Positions 44,595 through 55,089 of a stretch of DNA of 64,000 bases are shown here, one piece after another. A program made the position numbers and the translations under genes. Position 1 is the stretch's first letter, and each line of letters starts with the position of its first letter. The notes beneath the pieces are model-generated. The model saw only the letters and a program-made list of their open reading frames with translations. It was not told where the DNA came from and made no database searches. Source of the stretch: a bacterium (lineage in GTDB: Bacteria; UBP7; UBA6624); NCBI GenBank assembly GCA_002716355.1, contig PBAU01000002.1, forward strand, positions 22,411 to 86,410, in the 5' to 3' direction.

Positions 44595-45026
44595 CTATGT
44601 TAAAAAGGGATCTTCAAGTAGTAATGTATTGAAGTCGGAAACGCCACCGCTCAGGCCTGTTTGCGAAGCTTGCTCAACTTTGTTTAGACTGTTGGCCATG
44701 TCAGTGTTATTTCGAAAAGTATCACGCACATAACCCCATCCAAAATAGGAAATCGACATTAGGCATATTGCCAATGTGGAAAAAGACACGCCGGCAAATG
44801 AGTTAATGGCCAATTTTCTTTGTTGAATTTTTATTTTTTGATCAACTATACCAAAAATGTCAATTTTGGAATTTTTTGTCATGCCGGACAATTCTGGAAC
44901 TTTTGGCTTCTCGTTTTCAATCAAATCACACAAGATGTCTTTGACCCTTTTGGGCTTTTTCTGGCCCTGGAGACCCTTTCTGACCTCAGCCAGGAAAGCT
45001 TTATTTCTATTTTCTGAAAAAAACAT
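44595..45026 (-). CDS. Putative anti-sigma factor (single-pass membrane protein)
   Basis: 143 aa, located 3 nt downstream of the ECF sigma gene, with one TM segment (FAGVSFSTLAICLMSISYFGWGYV). The assignment rests on position only. Confidence 0.4.
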   Translation of the reverse strand: MFFSENRNKAFLAEVRKGLQGQKKPKRVKDILCDLIENEKPKVPELSGMTKNSKIDIFGIVDQKIKIQQRKLAINSFAGVSFSTLAICLMSISYFGWGYVRDTFRNNTDMANSLNKVEQASQTGLSGGVSDFNTLLLEDPFLT

Positions 45027-45029
45027 TAT

Positions 45030-45620
45030 TTATTTATTATCCATATATTGTTTAAATTTTAATCTCGCTTTATGTATTCGCATCTTTACAGCAACAACAG
45101 AGCAGCCCAATATTTCGGCCACATCCAAGTAGCTTAATTCCGCCTGAACGGCAAGCATTAAGGCCTCTCGCAAATGAACAGGTAGCTTCATGAGTACGAT
45201 TCCAATTTTTTCAGCTTGATCCTGTTGGTTCAGCACTTGTTCGGGATTGAATTCTCGAGGGTCGCTTGGGTCAAAGGCGTTGTTTTCCGAATCATTGGTG
45301 TTAAATAGACCTTCAATAGATCCCGGTCTTTTGTTTTGGGAGGTCAGTAACGTGTTGCCCTGGTTTCTGGCTATTGTGAAAAGCCATGTTTTGAATTTTT
45401 GTTTTGTGTTAAATTTTTTAGCATATTTCCACACTCTAAAAAACGACTCCGCCGCAGCTCCTTCCGCTGTGGCTGGGTCTTTGATGTATATGCTCAAAAA
45501 GTTAAAGAGTGGCCCCTGGTATCTTTCGACAAGCTCATTCAAGGCATCATGATTGTTCTTTGCAACTAGCTCCATCAGTTTTTCATCCGTATATCCATTT
45601 AAAGCCATACTAGGCTCCAT
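45030..45620 (-). CDS. RNA polymerase sigma-70 factor, ECF subfamily
   Basis: Region 2 (ALNELVERYQGPLFNFL...AEGAAAESFFRVWKY...FKTWLFTIARN) and region 4 HTH (LSYLDVAEILGCSVVAVKMRIHKAR). Confidence 0.85.
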   Translation of the reverse strand: MEPSMALNGYTDEKLMELVAKNNHDALNELVERYQGPLFNFLSIYIKDPATAEGAAAESFFRVWKYAKKFNTKQKFKTWLFTIARNQGNTLLTSQNKRPGSIEGLFNTNDSENNAFDPSDPREFNPEQVLNQQDQAEKIGIVLMKLPVHLREALMLAVQAELSYLDVAEILGCSVVAVKMRIHKARLKFKQYMDNK

Positions 45621-45690
45621 CTTATACTCATTCAGGCCGGGGTTTGTTTCTTGGAAATGTAGGTTTGATGAACTTGATTAAAAATTTCTA

Positions 45691-47052
45691 TCAATTATAT
45701 TCTGGCTCTCTTATTGAAACTACAAATTCTTGTGTTGTCGTGGTGACTAATCTTGAATAGCCAATACGGAACCCATAATCTCCATGTTGTGAAAGGTTGC
45801 CATCAAATGACGGTTGCATGTTGATTGGCATGTCATCCATGCCAGAACCTGTAAAACTGATAAGCATGTCGCCACTCCAAAGGCTATTTATTGAAAATCT
45901 GTGATGCAGCTTGAATGTGTTTGTTGCATTATGCTCCCCATGCTCCCACCAAAAAATATGCTTTCTGCCACTTGTCTCAATTGCGAGGGATATTTGTGCT
46001 GATCTCAAGTTTATGGGAGCGTAAGCCATACCGATCCCCTCTCTCTCTGGTCCAGCTGTCCATGGGTTTGCGGGTGACCATTCTTTGTAAACGATTTGCT
46101 CAGTAGAGTCATTTTGGTAAACCAGTGTCAGTTTAGATGTGAAGGGATTGATCTCAAAGCCAAAAGACTCAGTGACATCTTCAGCAATGGGAGAATAAAT
46201 AGCATCTGCACCACTCCATTGTGAGATTTGACCGCAAGCACTTACACAATGGTAAAGTTTTATTTTCTTTTTTCCGCTAGCTAGATCCAGATATCTGGCT
46301 GTTATATAGATTTTTGCACCGTTGGTTTTTAAAATTGGCGAACTGCCGACATATGACTGCAATGTGCCACCGCCATCAATAGACACTGGAGCATTCCAAT
46401 CTGTAAAATCATAGGGGTTTGCTTGTAAATTTGCTAGCGGGTAGTCCATAAAGTTTAATCCCATATTAATTGGGTTGCCTAAATCGTCAAAACTTTCTTG
46501 CCAGGCCAGAAGAAGAGTGTTGTTTGTTGTGTCAATCGCAGCAGTTGGGGCCCCACCACCTACTGTGTTTGACAAACTAGACCCACAACCTTGCAAGCTA
46601 CCTCCTGTTGACCAAGTTCCATCCCAGCACCAATACGTTACATAAGTGTCAGCAGTTGGAATATCCTCAGTTGCAAAAATATGCAGTACTCCACTATTTA
46701 CTGAGTTATAAACTGAATTGTTATTATCGATAATTGCAGTCACCCCACTACATCCAATACCACCTCCAATTGTCATTTTTTCGGTTGTGCTAAAGCTCCC
46801 TGAGATGTCTTTGTAGATTTCAAGCTGACCGACACTCAGGCCACTTGAGTTGCACGCTAAAAGATAATTATTACCCTGAAAATCATAAATATAATGAGTT
46901 TCAGAATAGACTGCAGGAGTTTGGGAAGTTGGTGCAACTGAAAGATCTTGACCGTTATATGCTATTGGGTGTGTTGCGTTTGAATTGTTGTTACCGCCAC
47001 ATGCGGATATTGCGATAATTAAAATTGGTAAAAGTTTAATAATTTTTTTCAT
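45691..47052 (-). CDS. Hypothetical lipoprotein (453 aa)
   Basis: Lipobox LIIAISACGG. The body is Gly/Ser/Thr/aromatic-rich, suggesting a beta-rich fold. No family recognised. Confidence 0.45.
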   Translation of the reverse strand: MKKIIKLLPILIIAISACGGNNNSNATHPIAYNGQDLSVAPTSQTPAVYSETHYIYDFQGNNYLLACNSSGLSVGQLEIYKDISGSFSTTEKMTIGGGIGCSGVTAIIDNNNSVYNSVNSGVLHIFATEDIPTADTYVTYWCWDGTWSTGGSLQGCGSSLSNTVGGGAPTAAIDTTNNTLLLAWQESFDDLGNPINMGLNFMDYPLANLQANPYDFTDWNAPVSIDGGGTLQSYVGSSPILKTNGAKIYITARYLDLASGKKKIKLYHCVSACGQISQWSGADAIYSPIAEDVTESFGFEINPFTSKLTLVYQNDSTEQIVYKEWSPANPWTAGPEREGIGMAYAPINLRSAQISLAIETSGRKHIFWWEHGEHNATNTFKLHHRFSINSLWSGDMLISFTGSGMDDMPINMQPSFDGNLSQHGDYGFRIGYSRLVTTTTQEFVVSIREPEYN

Positions 47053-47057
47053 AATAT

Positions 47058-48311
47058 TTAGTTTACCACTTTCTTGCCTTCAACAAACAGCATCTTCAGT
47101 TTGTTATTTTTTTCAAAAAATTTATCAATATTGTTTTTCCACACACCCAAATCGGCAATATAGCCTTTTTTGATTTTTCCAATTTTGGTCAAACCTATAG
47201 TTTTGGCAGGAATAGATGTGATTGATTTCAAAATTTCTTCATTTGTCATATTCAAGTCTCGCAAGGCCAGCCTTCCAATGTCTAATAAGGATGTGCAAAA
47301 AGACGAACCTGCATTCAGGTCTGTTGCCAAAAACACTTCAACACCAGAGTCAATTAAAAATCTTGCATTTGGCTGGATGTTGGTGTCAAGTTCAATATTG
47401 CACATGGGTAAAATCCCAACCACAATTCCACTTTCAGATAGCTTTTCTACATCACCAGTTTTTAAATGTTCAGCATGATCAATTGATGATGCTCCATATC
47501 TGACCGCAATGTCAACTCCATTCATTTCTGAAAATTGACCTGCATGCAATGTTATCTGATAGCCAAGTGAGCAAGCATGAGAGAGAAGGAATTCAGTTTC
47601 CTCTTGGGAGAATGCGCCACTCTCTAAAAAGACATCAAATCTATTTGTTAGATTTTCTTGTCGTGCGATTTTAGCAGTATCTACCACTTCTTCAAGATAT
47701 TCCTTTCTGTTTTTTTCATCTGGAACTGTATGTGCCATTAGCAATGTTGGGACTATTCGTGTTTTGTTCTCTTTTGACCATTCCGCATATAGCCTTAAAT
47801 GGTTTAATTCATCTTTTTTAGATAAACCATAACCAGTTTTTACCTCTATTGTTGTTGTGCCAGTCGCTTGCATTTTTAAAAATCTTGTATCCATGAGTTT
47901 CTTAAGTTGTCTATTTGATGATTCACAAGTTTTTTGAACTGTATACTTGATCCCGCCACCTGCCTTCAGGATATCAATATAAGAGGCACCCTGTTTGCGC
48001 ATTTCTTTTTCAAAATGTCGATTGCCTGCATGGAGAATATGGGTGTGTGCATCCACCAAGCCAGGCGTAATGAAGGATGCTCCAAGGTCGATATGTTCCA
48101 TATTTGCACCTTGCAACAATGACTGTCTGGCTTTCTCACCAGAACCGTGATTGTGAATAAGGCCATTTTTGACATGTATGGAATTAGGGCCTGGCACAAT
48201 CCTTTCGCCATCCCATACATTGCCGCTTGTTGTTAGAAGGTATTCCACATAAGAATCATATTGTCGCATTGTAGAATTTTTCATTATGAATCCAAAAAAA
48301 GCTTTTTCCAA
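47058..48311 (-). CDS. hutI: Imidazolonepropionase
   Basis: PGLVDAHTHILHAGNRHFEKEMRKQGASYIDILKAGGGIKYTV matches the HutI amidohydrolase signature. The start is probably an internal Met (about 48284 or 48269) because 48311 overlaps the divergent gene. Confidence 0.8.
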   Translation of the reverse strand: MEKAFFGFIMKNSTMRQYDSYVEYLLTTSGNVWDGERIVPGPNSIHVKNGLIHNHGSGEKARQSLLQGANMEHIDLGASFITPGLVDAHTHILHAGNRHFEKEMRKQGASYIDILKAGGGIKYTVQKTCESSNRQLKKLMDTRFLKMQATGTTTIEVKTGYGLSKKDELNHLRLYAEWSKENKTRIVPTLLMAHTVPDEKNRKEYLEEVVDTAKIARQENLTNRFDVFLESGAFSQEETEFLLSHACSLGYQITLHAGQFSEMNGVDIAVRYGASSIDHAEHLKTGDVEKLSESGIVVGILPMCNIELDTNIQPNARFLIDSGVEVFLATDLNAGSSFCTSLLDIGRLALRDLNMTNEEILKSITSIPAKTIGLTKIGKIKKGYIADLGVWKNNIDKFFEKNNKLKMLFVEGKKVVN

Positions 48312-49788
48312 ATTAAAAAAAATATCAGAAGACTCTCATGCAATTAGCGACGTAAGTGCAATTGTGAGCTGGGACCAGGAGGTAAACATGCCTCCAAAAG
48401 GTTTAGAGAACAGGGGCAGAATGATGTCCTGGCTTGCACAGCAAAGACACAAAAATGCAACTAATCCAGAGATTGGAGAGGCCTTGGAAACAACCCGTTC
48501 TGGTGACTGGAACGAAAAGGAAAAAGCTTGCTTGAGGGAATGGCAAAGAGGTTGGGACCTTTCAACCAAGATACCGGCTGACTTGGTTCAAAGAGCAGCA
48601 CTGGCTTCAGTCAAGGGGCATGAATCATGGAAGTCTGCCAGGGAGAAGAATGATTTTTCCATTTTTAGAGATGATCTAAAAGAGCTTATTGACCTCAGCA
48701 AAGAACGAGCCGAATGTATTGGTTATACAACTGAATCCTATGATGCGCTTTTGGACATGTACCAAGCTGGCATGAATGTTCAAGGTATTGATGCATTATT
48801 TACAAATTTAAAAAACAAATTAACCCCTTTATTGGAGGAAATTCTTGATTGGCAGGGAGAGATTGAGGATGATCCTGTTGCAGGTCATTACTCACAAGAA
48901 GAGCAGAAAAAATTCTGTGAGTGGGGTGCAAAGCATATCGGTTTTGATTTTGATGCAGGCAGGATTGACACTGCAGTACATCCATTTTGCTCTGGTGCTG
49001 GACCAGGTGACATAAGGCTTACAACAAGATACAATCTTGAAAATCCTTTTGACTCTTTCTTTGGTTCATTGCATGAAACTGGTCATGGACTTTACGAACA
49101 GGGCTTACCTTCAGGAAAGGATGAGTATGGAACACCATTGAGTGAATCTGTTTCATTAGGCATTCATGAAAGTCAATCTTTATTCTGGGAATCAATTGTT
49201 GGCCAAAGTCCCGAATTTTGGGAATACGTGCTTCCTTTTTTCAAAGAGCACTTCCCCGGCAGGGCTGATTCGGTCACACATGCACAAATCGTCAGGAGGA
49301 CAAACAAGGTTTCAAGATCACTCATTAGGGTTGAAGCAGACGAGGTTACATATCCGCTTCATGTTATTTTGCGATTCGAAATCGAGAGGGATATTTTTAG
49401 AGGTAATTTATCTGTAGACGATTTGCCTGACGCTTGGAACCAAAAGATGCAAGAGCTTATTGGTGTAACTCCACCCAACAACACTTTGGGCGTGCTGCAG
49501 GATGTGCATTGGTCAATGGGTGGTTTTGGGTACTTCCCAACTTATGCTCTCGGCAGGCTGTATTCAGCTCAATTCACAGAAACACTTTCCAAGGATGTTC
49601 CAAGCTGGAAAGATGATATGGCTAAAGGTGATTGTTCTCCAGCTTTGGAATGGTCACGAAAAAATATTCATTCAAGAGGTTCAATTTACAGAACTGAACA
49701 ATTGATTGAAAAAGTGACAGGCACACCACCAAGTGAAGAGCCATTCTTGAATTATTTAAGAAAGAAATATAAGTCGATTTTTAGTTAG
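48286..49788 (+). CDS. Carboxypeptidase Taq-type metallopeptidase (M32)
   Basis: Contains [17 protein letters not shown] ([11 protein letters not shown]), HESQSLFWE and [13 protein letters not shown]. Confidence 0.85.
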   Translation: MNPKKAFSKLKKISEDSHAISDVSAIVSWDQEVNMPPKGLENRGRMMSWLAQQRHKNATNPEIGEALETTRSGDWNEKEKACLREWQRGWDLSTKIPADLVQRAALASVKGHESWKSAREKNDFSIFRDDLKELIDLSKERAECIGYTTESYDALLDMYQAGMNVQGIDALFTNLKNKLTPLLEEILDWQGEIEDDPVAGHYSQEEQKKFCEWGAKHIGFDFDAGRIDTAVHPFCSGAGPGDIRLTTRYNLENPFDSFFGSLHETGHGLYEQGLPSGKDEYGTPLSESVSLGIHESQSLFWESIVGQSPEFWEYVLPFFKEHFPGRADSVTHAQIVRRTNKVSRSLIRVEADEVTYPLHVILRFEIERDIFRGNLSVDDLPDAWNQKMQELIGVTPPNNTLGVLQDVHWSMGGFGYFPTYALGRLYSAQFTETLSKDVPSWKDDMAKGDCSPALEWSRKNIHSRGSIYRTEQLIEKVTGTPPSEEPFLNYLRKKYKSIFS

Positions 49789-51514
49789 CTAAGTCGATAT
49801 TCATGTCAGAAGCATTTTGTATAGCGTCTTCATAACCTGCATCTGCATGTCTTGCAACACCGATTCCAGGATCATTGGTTAAGACCCTGTCCAGTCTTTT
49901 TTCTTTAGATTTGGTCCCATCAGCAACAACCACCATTCCTGCATGCATAGACATGCCCGTTCCAACTCCGCCTCCACTGTGAAAAGACACCCAGGAAGCC
50001 CCAGATGCTGCATTTAGCGCAAAATTCAATAATGGCCAATCTGCAACAGCATCCGACCCATCAGCCATTGCTTCTGTCTCCCTGCTAGGGCTTGCAACCG
50101 AACCAGTATCCAAATGATCTCTACCTATAACAATAGGGGCATCAAGGGTTTTGTTTTTGACCATGTCATTCATCGCTAAACCCGCTTTAGCGCGGTCTCC
50201 ATATTTAAGCCAGCAAATCCTTGTAGGCATACCTTCAAAAGGCACTCTAGTTTGGGCTAATTTAATCCATTGTGCTAAAAATTTATCATCCGGAAACAAC
50301 TCCAGCATCCTTTTATCGGTTTTTTCTATATCTTTTTTGTTTCCAGATAATGCTGCCCACCTAAAAGGACCCATACCTTTTGAAAAAAGAGGCCTGATAT
50401 AGGCCGGCAAAAAACCAGGATAAATATACTCATTCCCTTTTTTAACCTTTTTAAACCCAGCAAAATAAGCTTGATCCCTAAGGGCATTGCCATAATCAAA
50501 AGCAATTGATCCTCTTTTCTGCATGCCTAAAATTGCATCTACATGTTTCACTATGGTTTCTTGTGATTTTTTTGCATACTCTTTTGGATCAGATGTTCTA
50601 AGTCTATTTAGATCACCAAGATCTCCTTCCGGCCAGTATGACAAAAGGTTATGAGCCGATGTTTGATCTGTAACTATATCGGGAATCTCATCTCGTTTAA
50701 GCAATTCTGTGGCAACTGTAGCTATATTGCCAACAAGCCCAACAGATAAACCTTTACCCTGAAGCACAGCTTCATCTTTCCACTTCAAGGCCTCTTCAAG
50801 GCTGTCTGTTATTTTGTCACAGAAACCTTGCTTGACCTTTTTTTCAATTCGTTCTTTTAAAACCTCAACACATATGATGCATGCTCCAGCCATTGCGCCT
50901 GCAAGAGGTTGTGCGCCACTCATCCCACCAACCCCTCCTGTTAATATCCATCTATTTGTTAGGTCAGTGGTTCCATATTCTTTTTCTGCAAGGGCAACAA
51001 ATGTTTGGTATGTTCCCTGCAGTATGCCCTGTGTGCCTATGTATATCCATGATCCAGCAGTCATTTGGCCATACATAAACAAACCTTTTCTATCCAACTC
51101 ATTAAAGTGTTCGTCATTAGCCCAGTTCGGAACCAAATTGCTATTTGCAATAATTACCCTGGGTGCATCTTCATGTGTTTTCCCTACGTAAACTGCTTTA
51201 CCACTTTGAACACAGAGTGTTTCGTCAGGCTGTAATCTTTTAAGAGTATCGAGTATCCGAGCATATTCCTTCCAATTTCTTGCTGCTCTTCCTGACCCTC
51301 CGTATACTATTAATTTTTCCCAATCTATAGCCACTCTTGGATCAAGATTATTTTGAAGCATCCTGTAAGCAGCTTCAATATCCCAATTTTTACATGTTTT
51401 AGATCTTCCAACCGGAGCGCTGGGTGGTTTGTTAGGCTTGGCATCCATAAACATAGGCCTGCCGTAAAGAGATTTTTCGTTAAATTTGTCTGCTTGAAAA
51501 AAGTTCATTCCCAA
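49781..51514 (-). CDS. hutU: Urocanate hydratase
   Basis: 577 aa with [16 protein letters not shown]..., and [19 protein letters not shown] typical of urocanase. Confidence 0.9.
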   Translation of the reverse strand: MGMNFFQADKFNEKSLYGRPMFMDAKPNKPPSAPVGRSKTCKNWDIEAAYRMLQNNLDPRVAIDWEKLIVYGGSGRAARNWKEYARILDTLKRLQPDETLCVQSGKAVYVGKTHEDAPRVIIANSNLVPNWANDEHFNELDRKGLFMYGQMTAGSWIYIGTQGILQGTYQTFVALAEKEYGTTDLTNRWILTGGVGGMSGAQPLAGAMAGACIICVEVLKERIEKKVKQGFCDKITDSLEEALKWKDEAVLQGKGLSVGLVGNIATVATELLKRDEIPDIVTDQTSAHNLLSYWPEGDLGDLNRLRTSDPKEYAKKSQETIVKHVDAILGMQKRGSIAFDYGNALRDQAYFAGFKKVKKGNEYIYPGFLPAYIRPLFSKGMGPFRWAALSGNKKDIEKTDKRMLELFPDDKFLAQWIKLAQTRVPFEGMPTRICWLKYGDRAKAGLAMNDMVKNKTLDAPIVIGRDHLDTGSVASPSRETEAMADGSDAVADWPLLNFALNAASGASWVSFHSGGGVGTGMSMHAGMVVVADGTKSKEKRLDRVLTNDPGIGVARHADAGYEDAIQNASDMNIDLAN

Positions 51515-52011
51515 CTATCTTCTTTGATGTTTGGGGGTGTTATTTCATATTTTGAAGAAAGTGTTTTTTGCAAATAGAGTGAAGTTGTTGTGATTCTTTG
51601 TACTGATTCAATAATGCATTGCAATGTCAATTCACTCGCTTCTTTATTTTCACATGAATAGAGCCATCCATCGCCAGGAGCAGAAACATTTGAAAAACTT
51701 GAATGCGCAATTGATAAAGAATCTTTTAGAAATGCAATTCTTTTTTCTTGAGGGAATGGTAGGCATTGAGCTTCACTTTTAAAAACAACAGCTCCATTTT
51801 CATCTTTGTGAATTCCAAGAACCACAGGAACCGTTCGACGTGGCCAGAAGCCGATAGAAACACTGTCATCGTCATCTTCCATCGTGTGCTCCATGAAGTT
51901 TATTTTGAGTTTTTTGCAAACCTCCACGAGCAGCTCTCTTCCAAGCCCCAATTCATCTTTTAGAGGTTTTAAGTTGTCAAAAATATTTTCTGAACCCACT
52001 GGATTTATCAT
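51505..52011 (-). CDS. Hypothetical protein (168 aa)
   Basis: ORF overlapping the hutU start by 10 nt. No family recognised. Confidence 0.4.
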   Translation of the reverse strand: MINPVGSENIFDNLKPLKDELGLGRELLVEVCKKLKINFMEHTMEDDDDSVSIGFWPRRTVPVVLGIHKDENGAVVFKSEAQCLPFPQEKRIAFLKDSLSIAHSSFSNVSAPGDGWLYSCENKEASELTLQCIIESVQRITTTSLYLQKTLSSKYEITPPNIKEDSWE

Positions 52012-52029
52012 AACAATTTAAATAAAAAA

Positions 52030-53196
52030 TTAAACTAAAAACCAATCTTTTTGTGGCTCTGTTGTGACAATTGGAAGAGGATTGATTACTAGGTTGATCT
52101 CACTTCGTATGCCCCATTCTGGATAATAAACACCAGGTTCAATCGTTCCTGCCCATCCTGGAAGCAGCGATCTTGTGTCTTTTGCCTCATAGCTGTCTAG
52201 TTGAGCAGCATCACCATGGGCGCTTGTAAGTCCCAGATTATGGCCTGTCCTATGAATGAACCCCTCTCCAAATCCATGATTTTCAATTACATTTCTAACA
52301 GCCTGGTCAACCTCATAACCGGCAATCGATCTTTTCTCCAAAAAAGCTCTCTTTATTACCTGAACCCCCGCATCTCTGGCTTCTAAAACAGCATAAAAAC
52401 CCTTGTCGATAACCTTGTCAACTTTTCCTCGTTTTGCCATCCATGTTATATCGGCATATGCAGGTTTGTCAGATTTTTTTGTTGCCCATAAATCTATAAG
52501 AAGCACAAAATTTTCTCCCAATCTTGCACTTCCCTCTTTTGGTGTTGCGTAATGGGGATCGCCAGCATTTCCATTAACTGCAACTACAGGTGGATGGTCA
52601 GTTGTCATGCCCATTTCTTCAAAACTTTCTAGTATCCAATTTTGAACCATTGATTCATCCAGTTCAAAAGGTTTTGCCTTAGACACTCGATCAAAAACAC
52701 CTTGGACTATTGATGTTAAATTTATTGCTGATTCACAATGGGATTCAATTGTTTTTTCGGACCATAGTAAAAGATGTTCCTGCGAGATGTTTTCACTACT
52801 TTTTAAACTGCAATCCATTGATCTTAGTAGGTCAATCAACCCCCCATCAAGATAAGAGAGATAGGGAATCTTGCCATCTTCACACCATTCCACATAAATG
52901 GTTTTTCCTGCAATCATTGATGTCAATGTTCTTTTCCAATCTTCAAAATTTTGATATTTTCTAATTTGCACATCAGTGAATGCCAGACTTTTTGATTCAA
53001 TTCCATTGACAATCATTTCTGCTTTTCCTTTTTTTGGAATCCAGAGCGCCCATCGCCTGCTTAAAAACACATTATCTGGTAAAAATTTTCTAGCAATTGG
53101 ATTATGTGAATGGAAATCTGCAACAAACCATCCATCAACTGCATGGCTGGAAAGGTTGTTTTGAATTTCTTTAATCAATAAATCGAGTTGTTTCAT
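52030..53196 (-). CDS. M24-family metallopeptidase (Xaa-Pro aminopeptidase / prolidase-like)
   Basis: C-terminal pita-bread motifs (DLWATK..., HRTGHNLG, GTIEPGVY). Confidence 0.7.
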   Translation of the reverse strand: MKQLDLLIKEIQNNLSSHAVDGWFVADFHSHNPIARKFLPDNVFLSRRWALWIPKKGKAEMIVNGIESKSLAFTDVQIRKYQNFEDWKRTLTSMIAGKTIYVEWCEDGKIPYLSYLDGGLIDLLRSMDCSLKSSENISQEHLLLWSEKTIESHCESAINLTSIVQGVFDRVSKAKPFELDESMVQNWILESFEEMGMTTDHPPVVAVNGNAGDPHYATPKEGSARLGENFVLLIDLWATKKSDKPAYADITWMAKRGKVDKVIDKGFYAVLEARDAGVQVIKRAFLEKRSIAGYEVDQAVRNVIENHGFGEGFIHRTGHNLGLTSAHGDAAQLDSYEAKDTRSLLPGWAGTIEPGVYYPEWGIRSEINLVINPLPIVTTEPQKDWFLV

Positions 53197-53224
53197 TGTG
53201 GAAAATTTTATACTATGCTAAGTT

Positions 53225-54025
53225 ATGTTTTTTCTAATGATGTTGTTAATGAAACCATGCCTCGGGCATGATCAGCATTGTGACAAAAGATACGACGAGC
53301 TTTCTTACCTTGTTACGCATAATGCGATGTCGACATCAGAAGATAGATGGCTTTTCCCCAACCAGGATCGAGGTCTCATTGCTCAGCTGAACGATGGCGT
53401 TAGAGGCTTGTCGTGGGACATCTACGAGCATAATCAGGAGGTTTATCTTTGCCATGGTTATTGCTGGCTTGGAAAAAGGAAATTAATGCATGACCTTGTT
53501 GAACTCAAAGGTTGGCTAGATGATAACCCCAGAGAGATAGTCTCGATTTTTTTTGAAAGCTATGTCGGGAAGAAGCCGGTTGTCGAGCTTTTTGAGCAGT
53601 CTGGAATGATTAGCTATGTTCACCATCAAGCCCTTGAGCAAGATTGGCCATCCATAATTGATATGATCGACAGCGGAAAAAGGGTTGTTGTTTTCACAAG
53701 TCGGGAAGGCGGTATTGACGACTGGTACCATGATGCCTGGAGGTATGTTTGGGATACAGATTTTTCATACAAAAGCATCGATGACTTTTCATGCTCAAGG
53801 CTCAGGGGCCCAAAAGACCTTTCAGGTCTTTACAGCATAAATCATTTTTTGACAAACCCACTTGCCTCAAAAACACTTGCCTCAAAAGCAAACCCGTCTG
53901 TTTACAAAAGAGCTGAGAGCTGTTGGGTAAAGACTGGGCAAAGGCCCAATTTTATTTTTGTTGATTTTTATTCGGTCGGAAACACCTTGGAGGCGGTAAG
54001 AAAATTAAACTTGTTACATTTTTAA
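53225..54025 (+). CDS. PLC-like phosphodiesterase (PI-PLC X-domain-like) protein
   Basis: LSYLVTHNAMS...GVRGLSWDIY...LCHG resembles the PI-PLC-like catalytic TIM barrel. It lies 7 nt upstream of the PhoU-fusion regulator gene. Confidence 0.4.
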   Translation: MFFLMMLLMKPCLGHDQHCDKRYDELSYLVTHNAMSTSEDRWLFPNQDRGLIAQLNDGVRGLSWDIYEHNQEVYLCHGYCWLGKRKLMHDLVELKGWLDDNPREIVSIFFESYVGKKPVVELFEQSGMISYVHHQALEQDWPSIIDMIDSGKRVVVFTSREGGIDDWYHDAWRYVWDTDFSYKSIDDFSCSRLRGPKDLSGLYSINHFLTNPLASKTLASKANPSVYKRAESCWVKTGQRPNFIFVDFYSVGNTLEAVRKLNLLHF

Positions 54026-54032
54026 AACAAGT

Positions 54033-55001
54033 TTGAATGCACATAACAAATATACAATTGAGAAGATGATGACAGAGGATCGTACAAACAAGGTTCATTT
54101 AAACGTTATCAGGTTAGGCAAGCTGGTTGTTTTTGCGTTAAAAAAAGCTCTTAAGGGTAGCACCTTTAACATAGATGCTTTTCTTGCAAAATGCAGAGCA
54201 AGAGAGACTGAAATCAACCTGTTAGAGATGGAAATTGAACAGGATCTCCAGACTTTAATGAGACCAGAGCTGGAAGATAAAGATTGTCGTCACTTTACAG
54301 CGTTGTTGAAAATCAATAATGACCTTGAGAGGATTGGCGATTATGCCATGGCGATAGCTAAATATCTTGTTGATGTTGACATGTCAGAAACGGTGAAAAT
54401 TGAATCCAAATTTAAAAAATTATCAAAAGCATCTATAGAGATGCTTGAAAGATCCGTTAAGGCAATAGAGCTTGAAGATATCAACCTAGCCAAGCAGGTT
54501 ATTCGTGATGACGATTATGTTGATAAATTGAACAAGGCAATAATCAAGATTCTTTTAAGCAGTAAAAATCCAGATATGGCTTCGGTTGTTTCGTTGGTTA
54601 ATTTGTGTAGAAGATTGGAGAGGACAGCAGATCATGCAACCAACATAGCAGAAGATTTGGTTTTTTGGATAGAGGGTGATGTTTTGAGGCATCCCACAAA
54701 AAAAAGATCCTTTATGTTTAATGAGATTGAAATATATCCAAACAGCAGAGAGATTAAGATTTCAGAAAAGGTCCATCTTTCTAAAAGTGAATGGGAGATA
54801 TTCATACACCTTATAGAAAGATCTCCAGACGGTGTTTCTAGAGAGGATCTTATGAAAAATGCTTTAGGCTACGACTCTTCTGTTGAAACTCGAACTATCG
54901 ATCAACACGTGGTTAGATTGCGAAAAAAACTAGGCCACAAAAAAACACTTTTGAAATCTATAGCTGGATTCGGTTACAAAGTGGTTAATTCAAAGAATTA
55001 A
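54033..55001 (+). CDS. PhoU domain fused to an OmpR/PhoB-type winged-helix DNA-binding domain (no receiver domain)
   Basis: Residues 1-220 hold two PhoU repeats (NNDLERIGDYAMAIAK; CRRLERTADHATNIAEDLVFWIEGD). Residues ~227-318 read LSKSEWEIFIHLIERSPDGVSREDLMKNALGYDSSVETRTIDQHVVRLRKKLG...IAGFGYKV, which is the trans_reg_C pattern (Lt.kEf.lL..L....G.v.sRe.L......vetRtvDvhi.rLRkKl...tvrG.GY). Confidence 0.8.
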   Translation: MNAHNKYTIEKMMTEDRTNKVHLNVIRLGKLVVFALKKALKGSTFNIDAFLAKCRARETEINLLEMEIEQDLQTLMRPELEDKDCRHFTALLKINNDLERIGDYAMAIAKYLVDVDMSETVKIESKFKKLSKASIEMLERSVKAIELEDINLAKQVIRDDDYVDKLNKAIIKILLSSKNPDMASVVSLVNLCRRLERTADHATNIAEDLVFWIEGDVLRHPTKKRSFMFNEIEIYPNSREIKISEKVHLSKSEWEIFIHLIERSPDGVSREDLMKNALGYDSSVETRTIDQHVVRLRKKLGHKKTLLKSIAGFGYKVVNSKN

Positions 55002-55089
55002 AACAAATTTGTTACAAGTTTTTAAAAAATCACAAAGAATACTATTTAAGATTTCAACTTAAATCCAAAAAGGAGGATTTTATATAAAA

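Noticed and set aside
48284-48311. 26-nt overlap of the divergent hutI and M32 carboxypeptidase starts, considered as a regulatory curiosity.
   Set aside because: It is most simply explained by over-extension of the hutI ORF. Internal Met codons at about 48284 or 48269 give a normal HutI N-terminus.
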